Made by a program: the position numbers and the translations under genes | Shown: one piece after another, positions 1 to 11,290 of the stretch | Layout: each line of letters opens with the position of its first letter | How positions within the stretch are numbered: position 1 is the stretch's first letter | Notes under the pieces: generated by a model | Database searches by the model: none | Seen by the model: only the letters and a program-made list of their open reading frames with translations | What the model was told of the DNA's origin: nothing | Source of the DNA: Macrostomum lignano | Lineage: Eukaryota | NCBI GenBank assembly: GCA_002269645.1 | Contig: NIVC01000591.1 | Span: forward strand, 685,960-749,959 | Reading direction: 5' to 3' | Length of the DNA stretch: 64,000 bases

Positions 1-1
1 A

Positions 2-3000
2 TTGCCAATCCTAAACCGTCAGCAGACACCCACTGAGCTGGAAGACGAGATGCTGATGTCGCGGCTGCACTCGTTGAAAGTAGTCAGCAGCTTTGAAGAT
101 GCCGATGCCACAGACGGACAGTCTGGAGTTGACGAAGCCGCTGTGTTCGGCCTTCCGCCCGCGCCTCCGCCTCTGTCGGGCACTGAGCAGCCGATCTCGC
201 CTCTGTACGGCACCAGCGGCGGCGGCGGCTGGCCTCCGACACCTGCCGTCCCGCCTTACCTGGCCGAGGCCGCCAGTCACGTGACCGAGGCGCAGCGTCA
301 CGAATCTGCGGGCGATTTCGCTCTGGCATTCGCCGAATACAAAGCCGGGGTTGAAGTCCTGCTCGGCGGGGTGCAGCTGGATTCGGACGCGGACAGGCGG
401 TCCGATGTCAAGCGTAAGACGGAGCAGTACCTGCGCAGGGCCGAGGCCATCTACGACCGCTATCTGGACTCCGCGTCCGCTGTGAGTAGTGAGTGCCGAG
501 CCGGGAATATTTTTTTTGTGCGCACTTTTCCGAGTTCGCCTACTGATAAGTAGAAAGTATAGGATGCGGCTCTGGTGAGGCAACCAGCTGTCGGAGTTTT
601 AAAGGGATAGAAACCGGTTCTGGCAGAGTTACCTGGGCTCGATTCCACTTTTTCTTGCTGATAGTTAATATCGTGTACTGTGGATTGTGTAGAGTATACA
701 TTTGGGAGGTTGTCTGTACATTGGGATGATTGTACATTGAGCGGAGAGAGTATATTTTAGTGTACATTGGGCTGAGTATGCATTGGAGAGAGCGTACATT
801 GGGGAGAAAGTAAATTTGTGAGTGTACATTAAGGAGAGTACATTTGTGAGTGTATATTGAGGAGAGTACATTTGTGAGTGTACATTGAGGAGAGTACATT
901 TGTGAGTGCACATTGAGGAGAGTACATTTGTGAGTGCACATTGAGGAGAGTACATTTGTGAGTGCACATTGAGGAGAGTACATTTGTGAGTGTACCATGA
1001 GGAGAGTACATTTGTGAGTGTACAGTGAGGAGAGTACATTTGTGAGTGTATATTGAGGAGAGTACATTTGTGAGTGTATATTGAGGAGAGTACATTTGAG
1101 AGTGTACTTTAGCTAGAGAGTAAATTTAAGGGTGTACATTGGGTTGAAAGTGCATTCGAGTGTACATAAGGAGAGCGTATATTTGAGGGTGTACATTGGG
1201 GAGAGGGTAGATTTGAGGGTGTACATTGGGGAGAGAGTAGATTTGAGGGTGTACATTGGGGAGAGAGTAGATTTGAGGGTGTACATTGGGGAGAGAGTAG
1301 ATTTGAGGGTGTACATTGGGGAGAGAGTAGATTTGAGGGTGTACATTGGTGATTTACTTTTGTGAAGTGTACACTAAACGTGTACATTGGTGAGGATGTA
1401 CATTTTAGTATAGGGAGAATTGTGACTCCGCAAACTGTGGAAGAAGTGCTATGCAAATTATAGCAAAGGCATTTAAATTCAAAGCATTTAAAGCATTCGC
1501 TACTGTGTGTGATCTGTTTCTTCTTTAAAAGAACTCTTTCTGCATGGCTGCTATTACTGTATTATACCTGTCCATCTCTCTCCAAAACTTCCAGGCGGTC
1601 CAAAAGATCACCAGGCCCCATAGAGAACTTCATCACTACTCAGTCATTGGCACAATCGGATCCGTCATTCTAGTCATTAATAAGTTTAGCCAGCAAAGAT
1701 TTATCATTAAGGTGAGGCTTGTTCAATTATTAATCATTTTGCACGACTTAATAGACACCATGAAGTGCGGTGAGAGGTATAGAGACACGTAGGAGAGTGA
1801 AAAGAGATATGGTGAGACTTCGAGAGCTGTCGGAGATAATGAGAAGTAGATAGTCTGGGAGATGGTGAGAGGTGGATAGCCTTAAGGATGGAGAGAAGTA
1901 GATAGCCTGGAAGATGAGAAGTACATAGTCTGGGAGATGAGAAGTAGATAGCTTGGGAAATGAGAATTAGATAGCCTAGGTGATAGTGAGAAGTAGATAG
2001 CCTGGGAGATGGTGAGAGGTAGATAGCCTGGGAGATGAGAATTAGATAGCCTAGGTGATATTGAGAAGTAGATATCCTGGAAGATGAGAAGTAGACAGCC
2101 TGGGAAATGAGAAGTAGACAGCCTGGGAAATGAGAAGTAGATAGCCTGGGAGATGGTGAGAGGTAGATAGCCTGGGAGATGAGTATTAGATAGCCTAGGT
2201 GATAGTGAAAAGTAGATAGCCTGGAAGATGAGAAGTAGACAGCCTGGGAAATGAGAAGTAGATAGCCTGGGAAATGAGAAGTAGATAGTTTGGGTGATAG
2301 TGAGAAGTAGATAGCCTGGGTGATAGTGAGTAGTAGATAGTCTGGGAGATGGTGAGAGATAGACAGCATCGTGGGAGCTAGTGAGAGGTCGGGAGGCTGG
2401 TGGAGGATGAAGCCAAGAGGCGGAGACAGGGACAGGTAGCCCAGCATACCCCTAACCCCCTCAGAGCGTGTGCAAGTCGGCATGCGACATGAGCGGTTTC
2501 CCAGTGGACGTGGCTTTCATGTGCCGCCTTCGCGCTGTGTTTGTCTCGGACTGGACGCAGTACCTGCTGCTGGACCAGGTGCCGGGAGGACAGCTGTACA
2601 CCTTTGTGAGGCGGCATCGACCAGCTGTGCATGAATGCAACTGCTGTTGCTGTTCTTCTAATTCCTCTGCCGATGTCGGCGATCTCGAGCTGCTTCGAAA
2701 AGTCAGCGAAGACGGCGAGCTTGTGCGCGTGTTTCACTCGGTCCCGTCGCGGGTGCCGGCGCCAGCGCCTTGCCAGCAGCCCGAACTGGCAGGCGTGCTG
2801 AAGGATCAGTTGAAGGTCAAGCCAGCAGCACTGGGACCAGATTCTTCCGTTTGCGATCAGTCTTATGCTCAGCTTTTTCGCGACTATTATGGATCTGAAA
2901 CTGCTACTGCTGCTACTACTGATAGTAGCTGTGAGAATGCTGGCGCAAGCTCGACTTCTTTTGTTGAAATTGGCGGAGCGGCTGTTGATAGCAGCAAGGA

Positions 3001-5236
3001 TGGTGAGTGAAGCTGCTTGGTTTTAGATTTTTAGGAGGGCTTGTTAGAGGTGACCCTTTTCCGTTGTCAAGGACGCGACTATTGTTGTTAGAGGCGCCAT
3101 TACTCGGTTGTCAAGGACGCTGTTATTCGGTTGTTAGGAGCGCCCTTAGTTGTCAAGGAAGCTATTGTTTTTTTTGTTAGGGGGGCATTACTCGGTTGTC
3201 AAGGACGCCATTGATCGGTTGTTAAGAGCATCATTAGTCGGTTGTCAAGGATGCTAATCGGGCTGTTAGAGGCTAAATGTATGTCTTTAAGAAGCGCCAT
3301 TTTTTGGCTGCCAAGGTCACTATTTTGGTTGTTAGGGAGGTAGAAAATGAAAAAAATTTAGTAATCCTCGCACGCCCGCCAACACACAGTGGACTCTGAC
3401 GACGGCTTACGGAGGTCAGTGGACACCGCCAACCCCGCCTCAAGCCTCGGTAATCCTCAAAACTCTTCCCAGCAACAGCAACAGAAGCATCCCGGAGGCT
3501 GCTACAGAGGCCGAGCTCTCTCCTCAGTGTTCGCTCAGATTGTGGACTCCGTGCTTCAGCAATCTCACCAGCAGCAGCAGCAGCAGCAGAAACTGCAACA
3601 ACTGCCAGAGCTGCCGGCGGCCGCCCTGCCGGAGTCCTGCGTCAGGCAGTGGGGCGCCGAGCTGCTCACCTGCTTGGCTCAGCTGCATTTGCGCGGAATG
3701 TACTTTGGCTGCCTGCTGCCGGGCGATGTACTGCTCGGCGACCGGGGTCACCTCAGGCTGACCTATCGGTTTAGGCGGACTCGCCTCGCGCAGGCGCTCA
3801 GGGCCAGTCCGTATTGCGCGCCAGAATGGCGCCTCTGTCCCGGCGCCACTCCGGCTAGGCCGCAGGTGAATTAATGGCAGGAGGTCACTGGTTGTAAGGG
3901 GGGGGTTCATTGACTTTTTTCTGAAGTGAACTGTCTTGATTATGGGGGTCACTGACCCTCTCTTTGCAGTGTCTTGGTTATGGGGGCGGGGTCACTGACC
4001 CTCTTTGCATTTGCAGTGTCTTGGTTATGGGGTCGGGGTCACTGACCCTCTTTGCAGTGTCTTGATTATGGGTGGTCACTGACCCTCTTTGCATTTGCAG
4101 TGTCTTGGTTATGGGGGCGGGGTCACTGACCCTCTTTGCAGTGTCTTGATTATGGGTGGTCACTGACCCTCTTTGCATTTGCAGTGTCTTGGTTATGGGG
4201 GCGGGGTCACTGACCCTCTTTGCAGTGTCTTGATTATGGGGGTCACTGACCCTCTTTGCAGTGTCTTGGTTATGGGGGGTCACTGACCCTCTTTGCAGTG
4301 TCTTGGTTATGGGGGGTCACTGACCCTCTTTGCAGTGTCTTGATTATGGGTGGTCACTGACCCTCTTTGCATTTGCAGTGTCTTGGTTATGGGGGCGGGG
4401 TCACTGACCCTCTTTGCAGTGTCTTGATTATGGGTGGTCACTGACCCTCTTTGCATTTGCAGTGTCTTGGTTATGGGGGCGGGGTCACTGACCCTCTTTG
4501 CAGTGTCTTGATTATGGGGGTCACTGACCCTCTTTGCAGTGTCTTGGTTATGGGGGGTCACTGACCCTCTTTGCAGTGTCTTGGTTATGGGGGGTCACTG
4601 ACCCTCTTTGCAGTGTCTTGATTATGGGGGGTCACTGACCCTCTTTGCATTTGCAGTGTCTTGGTTATGGGGGCGGGGTCACTGACCCTCTTTGCAGTGT
4701 CTTGGTTATGGGGGGTCACTGAGCCTTTTTGCAGTGTCTTGGTTATGGGGGGTCACTGACCCTCTTTGCAGTGTCTTGATTATGGGTGGTCACTGACCCT
4801 CTTTGCAGTGTCTTGATTATGGGTGGTCAATGACCCTCTTTGCATTTGCAGTGTCTTGTTTATGGGGGGGGGGGTCACTGACCCTCTTGTCATCACTAAG
4901 TTAGGTAGCCGCGTTTGTATATTTGATCGAAAAATAGCTCATCAGGCATGGTTTCAAAGAAGGTCGCCAATACCCTCTTCGCAGGTTGGCGACTGGTGGA
5001 GTCTGGGCTGCCACCTGCTGCTCATGCTCACCGGGGACTGTGTCTGCCGGGCCGTCCGGCCGCCGCCTCCCCTGCCCGACTGGCTGAGCGCCGAAGCCCG
5101 CGACCTCCTCAGCCAGCTGCTGTGCCCGGAGCCGCGGCATCGCCTGGGCGGCGGCTCGCCAGGACCGGACGAGATTCGACAGCACGCCTTCTTTCGGGGT
5201 GTTGATTGGCGAGGACTGGGGGCAAATGCGTTTTGA
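2..5236 (+). CDS. RPS6KC1: RPS6KC1/RPK118-like MIT-domain pseudokinase, 5'-incomplete; exons <2-481, 1595-1711, 2465-3002, 3390-3865, 4985-5236
   Basis: MIT domain (YLAEAASHVTEAQRHESAGDFALAFAEYKAGVEVLLGGVQLDSDADRRSDVKRKTEQYLRRAE), then a split kinase domain: ELHHYSVIGTIGSVILV..FIIK, LLLDQVPGGQLY, ELLTCLAQLHLRG..LLGDRGHLRLTY, DWWSLG..RDLLSQLL..RLGGG..IRQHAFFRGVDW. All four introns are GT-AG with matching phases (0,0,1,0). Confidence 0.85.
740..1400. repeat. Intronic minisatellites: 28-bp unit (GAGAGTACATTTGTGAGTGTACATTGAG, ~830-1105) grading into a related 30-bp unit (~1110-1400)
   Basis: Periods of 28 and 30 bp read directly. Confidence 0.95.
1830..2360. repeat. Intronic minisatellite, ~23-bp unit GAGATGAGAAGTAGATAGCCTGG with length variants
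   Basis: Tandem copies visible. Confidence 0.9.
3930..4885. repeat. Intronic minisatellite, ~36-47-bp unit GTCACTGACCCTCTTTGCAGTGTCTTG(G/A)TTATGGGGG
   Basis: Tandem copies, with CATTTG and GCGGG insertion variants. Confidence 0.95.
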
Positions 5237-5339
5237 GATGGCTGCGGCTGTTTGGGGTTATTGATCCAAGCTGGGCTGCGATTAAGTGGCTCATTATTGT
5301 TAATAAAAATAGTATCGATAGTTATTGTTAATGGGGTAG

Positions 5340-5780
5340 TTAACTATTGTTGACAGTATCGATAACTATTGTTGACAGTATCGATAATTATTGTTGACAG
5401 TATCGATAATTATTGTTGACAGTATCGATAATTATTGTTGACAGTATCGATAATTATTGTTGACAGTATCGATAACTTTTGTTGACAGTATCGATAATTA
5501 TTGTTTACAATATCGATAATTGTTGATAATAATATAGATACTTATTGTTGATAGTATCGAAAATTAAGGTTAATAGTAACGATAATTACCCATTATTGGT
5601 TTTAATTGTGTCGATAATTATCGTTGATTGTATTAATACGAGTCTCGTAATTGCTGTTAATAGTAGCGATATTTATTATTGACGGTATCGAGAATTACTG
5701 TTAATAGTATCAATAATTAATGTTGATAGTATTAGTTATTATTGTTAATAGTATCGTTAATTATTGTTGACTGTTGAAAT
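5340..5780. repeat. 22-bp minisatellite TATTGTTGACAGTATCGATAAT, degenerating rightward
   Basis: Tandem copies just 3' of the RPS6KC1 stop. Confidence 0.9.
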
Positions 5781-6609
5781 ATTACCTTGATTATCGATAC
5801 AATTTTTTATTATCGTTACGTCATTATCACTTTTTATATACGGCTAATAAATTATATTGCTGGTTCTGTCATTAATTTTATTTTACAAGCCCCTCTAATA
5901 GTTACTGTCGCATTATCGAGACTAATACTTTCCGATATGCTGCCTATAATTAACGATAAGCAAATTATTATTATCGATGGCGTGTACAAGCATAGCTTTG
6001 TCAAACTGGTTCGCTAAACCGCTACTGTTAGTCTTTCGCAAGCTCGATATTTCATGTGCTCGGATCCGTCATTCTCTAAATTAATAGCTATCATTCTCGA
6101 TAATAAAAATTACCTAATTTAATTGAATATCGTTAACTGTAGGGTTTTTTATTTTTTGCGCCAGTATTATGTATTAAGTACCTGTAATTAATAATTGTTA
6201 CTGTTTCTTGGTACACTAAATACTACTATTGATAACGCTGGCAGTAAGTAGTATGCTGTCTGTCTGACTGACTCAAAACAATTATAAGATGTCGGTAATT
6301 ACTAAATATTCTCGTGCCACAATTATCTGTAAATGATTCTGTGCATATTTTGCGGTGAATAAATATTTGCTTTCTTTGTCAAATCAAATCAAATTATTCA
6401 GTGTGATATGTGCTCTGATTTACTGTTCTTCCAACTCAAAGTGCAATGCGCAACTTCTTGTCAATACATATAAGGACTACAAAACAGAGAGACACTGGTG
6501 TCTGATACAGAGATCCGGTTTGCCGAAACTTCAAATGACAAATATCTCTTTTCATTAGTTAGGCATTTTCTTACTTACTGGTTACCTCAGCTATTGACGT
6601 TTTTCGATC

Positions 6610-6788
6610 TGTCTGTCTGCCTGTCTGTCTGTCTGTCTGTCTGTCTGTTTTATCTGTCTGTCTGTCTGTCTACCTGTCTGTTTTATCTGTCTGTCTGTCT
6701 GCCTGCCTGTCTGTCTTAGTGTCTGTCTGTCTCTGTCTGTCTGTCTGTCTGCCTGTCTGTCTTAGTGTCTGTCTGTCTGTTTTATCTA

Positions 6789-6825
<37 letters not shown>

Positions 6826-6930
6826 TTATCTGTCTGTCTGTTTATCTGCCTGTCTGCCTGCCTGCCTGTCTGTTTATCTACTTGTCTGGCTGTCTGTCTG
6901 TCTGTGTGTCTGTGTCTGTCTGTCTGCTTG
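6610..6930. repeat. (TCTG)n microsatellite
   Basis: Direct reading. Confidence 0.95.
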
Positions 6931-7472
6931 TCAGCCCTCTATCTGTCCCTACATACGTAATATTTATTATTGTCCAAAATTACTAGCGCAAATTTAACCA
7001 GAGTTTGATAATTCTGTAACTACTCACCGATAGAACAATTGGTCTTTTGTGAGCAACGGGCTAGCTGTAATAGATACGGTTGTTATGTTCTGTAGTATGC
7101 CTCAAAAAAGTAGGGTAGAAGGGGATGGAGAACAAAAGATTCTGTAATCGATACTCTGTCTTAACATAAGTATCTGCTGTGTATTTTCAACTGAATACAA
7201 CACATAATCAACGCTAGAGTGTTGCATTAGTCTTTGCTATAGCAATTGTAGTATACTGTAGTGACGTGTTTTGCAGCTAAAAGTACAAATAATTTAGGCA
7301 AGATTGGCTACTTGCAGCGACATTGGCTTTGACAAAAGTGCTCCGGGTTAATTGTAGTTGATTGTTGCCACTGCCGGGTCATAAAATCTGAAGTTTATTA
7401 AAAGGCCTCTTTTTAAATGCGTCGTGAAGGCCGCATCATGTGAATTACTGAGGAACTAAAAGTAAGACTCAA

Positions 7473-7860
7473 AGCCAGCACCCTCACTCCGCGTGGCTGT
7501 GCAGTCAGGCTGAATTACCATCCACCCCACTCCAATCCCTTCAGTAGCAAACCCCCAGCCTGATAAACCAGCACCCTCACTCCGCTTGGCTGTGCAGTCA
7601 GGCTGAATTACCATCCACCCACTCCAATCCCTTCAGTAGCAAACCCCCAGCCTGATAAGCCAGCACCCTCACTCCGCGTGGCTGTGCAGTCAGGCTGAAT
7701 TACCATCCACCCCACTCCAATCCCTTCAGTAGCAAACCCCCAGCCTGATAAGCCAGCACCCTCACTCCGCGTGGCTGTGCAGTCAGGCTGAATTACCATC
7801 CACCCCACTCCAATCCCTTCAGTAGCAAACCCCCAGCCTGATAAGCCAGCAACCTCACTT
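7473..7860. repeat. ~4.2 copies of a 93-bp tandem repeat
   Basis: Unit starts at about 7474, 7567, 7659, 7752 and 7845; copies are nearly identical. Confidence 0.95.
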
Positions 7861-7930
7861 TACAATAACAGCCTACATGTAAATCGTTACACCCTTTGAA
7901 GTGAATTAGTTACTTATTTCGCTCTCTGCA

Positions 7931-8222
7931 TTACTTCAAATTTAGCTTCAAAGAGGAAACATACTTGAATTCCATTAGTCTCTGGTTGCAATTCCTATTG
8001 CTGCAGACGTGCACTCGTGTCATAAACTTTCTGTGTATGTAGGGCAACAGAAAACCCAGGCCGAGAAGAAAACTGCAAAAACGTTGGCATTGTATTTCCT
8101 GTTTTTTTAGCTTTTCAAGCTATACTGCAGAGTGCACTCAATACAGCAGGCTAGCAATAGTAGTAGCTTACACGTTTGTCTGTCTGCCTGTCTGTATCTG
8201 TCTGTCTGCCTGTCTGTCTGCC

Positions 8223-8261
<39 letters not shown>

Positions 8262-8328
8262 GTCTGTCTGTCTGTCTGCCTGTCTGTCTGCCTGTCTGTC
8301 TGTCTGCCTGTCTGTCTGTCTGTCTGTA

Positions 8329-8373
<45 letters not shown>

Positions 8374-8571
8374 CAGTGCTTGCACGCGGTCAAGCTTCAT
8401 CACACAGTTGATGCTCTGCACAGCAACTCACGGAAATGTGATGAAGCCGAGCAGCAGCGAGCAGAAGTCCTGGTACCAGCACACCTCAAGCTCAACATGC
8501 GACCCCGTGTTGCCGCACTGCGGGCAGATCAGCTGGTTGCAGCCCATGTCTTTCTTTACCAGGATGCCCAT
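7931..8571 (-). CDS. LITAF: LITAF/CDIP1-like zinc-binding membrane protein; exons 8571-8432 and 8072-7965 (end at stop 7931 if the last donor is unused, otherwise a further exon, possibly near 7450)
   Basis: Spliced translation MGILVKKDMGCNQLICPQCGNTGSHVELEVCWYQDFCSLLLGFITFP|FLLGLGFLLPYIHRKFMTRVHVCSNRNCNQRLMEFK shows CxxC, a hydrophobic stretch, then HxC..C, the LITAF layout. The donor GTGAGT at 8431 and the acceptor TTTTTGCAG at 8073 are both phase 2. Confidence 0.75.
8176..8372. repeat. (TCTG)n microsatellite in the LITAF intron
   Basis: Direct reading. Confidence 0.95.
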
Positions 8572-8728
8572 TTTGTGTCTTTGAAATTATCAAGCCTATG
8601 TGTGCGAGTCGCCTGAGCCAACTACATGCTCGTGTTGTCTTATGAGTTGATTAAATAAATCACTTAGATAGTGCTGCTTCCAATAATGGCAATGCAGTCT
8701 CAAGTTCACCATAGACAAAATCAATATT

Positions 8729-8761
8729 TGATAGATAGATAGATAGATAGATAGCTACGAG

Positions 8762-8796
<35 letters not shown>

Positions 8797-8820
8797 CTAC
8801 GAGTAGATAGATAGATAGAT

Positions 8821-8851
<31 letters not shown>

Positions 8852-8879
8852 TTACGAGTAGATAGATAGATAGATAGAT

Positions 8880-8917
<38 letters not shown>

Positions 8918-8957
8918 TAAAAATAGATGGATAGATAGACAGACAGACAGACAGGCC

Positions 8958-9014
<57 letters not shown>

Positions 9015-9053
9015 GGCAGGCAGACAGACAGACAGGCAGGCAGACAGACAGAC

Positions 9054-9100
<47 letters not shown>

Positions 9101-9125
9101 GATAGATAGATAGACGGACAGACAG
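8729..9125. repeat. Compound (GATA)n/(GACA)n microsatellite
   Basis: Direct reading. Confidence 0.95.
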
Positions 9126-10715
9126 AGCAACATTGAAAGTAACCTGTACTTACGAATATTTTAAGTGTCTCCAACTTTTATGGTGCAGAAATTATTCAAA
9201 GAATCGAAACTTTAACGGTTTATTTTTAAGATTAAAAAATATTTAGAGAATGATTTGTTGGAGTATTATCATACCAGTGTAACATGCAGTTACTAAGTAT
9301 TTTAATTATAAACATGCAATGTTAGCCAAAATATCTTGGCAATACCAGTATTCTTTGTTCTGACAGACTGCTGCTGGTCAAAGTCCAGTCAGTTCTATAA
9401 ATGAAAAATATTTGATATAATATGCAAATAAACAAATCGGAGTTGTAGAGCATTGTTAACCGAGAGCTTCTGCAAAGGACAAAACAATCAACGCTTATTG
9501 TGAGTTGAGTGAAAAAGCATTCACAAAAAGTTGACGGAAATTATGCTTTAAAAAGTCAATATCTTCGATGCTTGGTGGTACCGCTTTAGACAGGACTATA
9601 CGTAGGATAGACGGGTTTTTTTAGTAAAGAAAATTTAAGCATCGTTGTTAGAAATTGATTATTACAACAAAACATAAAGCCGGAAAAATACGTCAATAGA
9701 CTTTTGTATTCGGAAACGCAAAGCATTAAAGCCAATTATGTACGGTTTTGTTTGACTGCACACTTCTTTTCGTATTACCATCACTGGGGCACTTAATTCC
9801 ATCAATAAAACGATTTTTCAAATAAGGACAGCTCTATGCGTGTTTTTTGTAAAGCAAGTTAGAGAACAACATTTATTCTTTGCCAAGTTGCAAAAATCAG
9901 TAGAGAGTTGTTTTCAATCTGAAAGAAAAACTTCCCTCACGGAGAATTTTTCAACATACTGGAGACAGCTTTATGTAGCTAGAAGGCTTGTTGAGTACGA
10001 TTATTCACTATCACAAATGAATAGGATAAATAATAATTGCTTACACATTGTTTAGATTTTGTTTTAACTAGCTATGCTTCGATTTTTTGGTGCAGATTTA
10101 ATTATAGAATAGACGAATTGACAAAAGGGACGAACTGCAGTAGCAAGAATACTCGTAGCTCGTAGGTTTGTTGGAATTTTCTAGCGTTGAGTTCTTCTCA
10201 ACTGAGTTTGTCTATGGCTAAAGCCCATAATACACTACTAGCAGTACGATAATTTACGCTGATGCTTAATGCCTACAGCTCATTTCTAAGAAAATGGAGT
10301 TCACCGCGTCCTTCTACTGCAGTTGTAAATGTTGATCGAGTTTACGTGTCTTGTTCAATATTGATTCACGGTTTTTAAAAATTAAAAAAATTATTGAAAA
10401 ACGGCAAAATGTGAAATACCGTTTAAATGGATTTTGTAATTTTTTTCATTTTGCATTACGTAACAGGATTTTAACCACAGACAGGCTGCTTCGTCGTAAA
10501 TTTACCCTGCTTATTTCAGAAACCTACTCAGTGGGGGCTAGAGGGCCGTCCCCTTCTAATCGCCCCTTCATCAAAAATAAAAATCGCGCTCCTCCAATAA
10601 CTAAATGAAGGAGGTAACTAAGGTCAACAAATGACAGGAGTTCAACTTTTGTGTCACCTCTTGAATGCAGCACGTAGCATTCACGGGCCTAGCAGACACG
10701 AGTATAGGGAAACCC

Positions 10716-10980
10716 ACCAAGAGACAGGGGCGCCTACCAAGAGACAGGGGCGCCCTCCAAGAGACAGGGGCGCCTACCAACAGACAGGGACGCTCACTAA
10801 CAAACTGGGACGCCCACCAAGAGACAGGGGCGCCCTCCAAGAGACAGGGGCGCCTACCAAGAGACAGGGGCGCCCTCCAAGAGACAGGGGCGCCTACCAA
10901 GAGACAGGGGCGCCCTCCAAGAGACAGGGGCGCCTACCAAGAGACAGGGGCGCCCTCCAAGAGACAGGGGCGCTCACTAA
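10716..10980. repeat. 20-bp minisatellite CCAAGAGACAGGGGCGCC(TA/CT), alternating into a 40-bp dimer
   Basis: Alternating TA and CT variants. Confidence 0.95.
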
Positions 10981-11290
10981 CAGACCAAATATTGGTGCCC
11001 CTCATGGTTGCTGCCCTGGACACTTAAAATTCCTGCGTAAGTCACTTGGCTTGTTTGCCTGGGTCAGGTATTATTTCAGTAACATGTTGTACTTTAACAT
11101 AAAACAGGTGAGGTGACCTGTCCAGACTATAGGTGAGATTTTGTCCTATTTTTTAGTAAAAATTAATCTTACCTCCAACAATATTGACGACACATTGTAG
11201 TGAGAGATATAATATTTCTATAATTAGACTTTTTAGAAAATACGAAAACTTCTCGCGAAAGCTACCAAAGTTTTCAGGCCAGCTTCGGTT

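Noticed and set aside
7473-7860. CRISPR-like array
   Set aside because: The units are contiguous and nearly identical with no unique spacers, there are no cas genes, and the context is eukaryotic.
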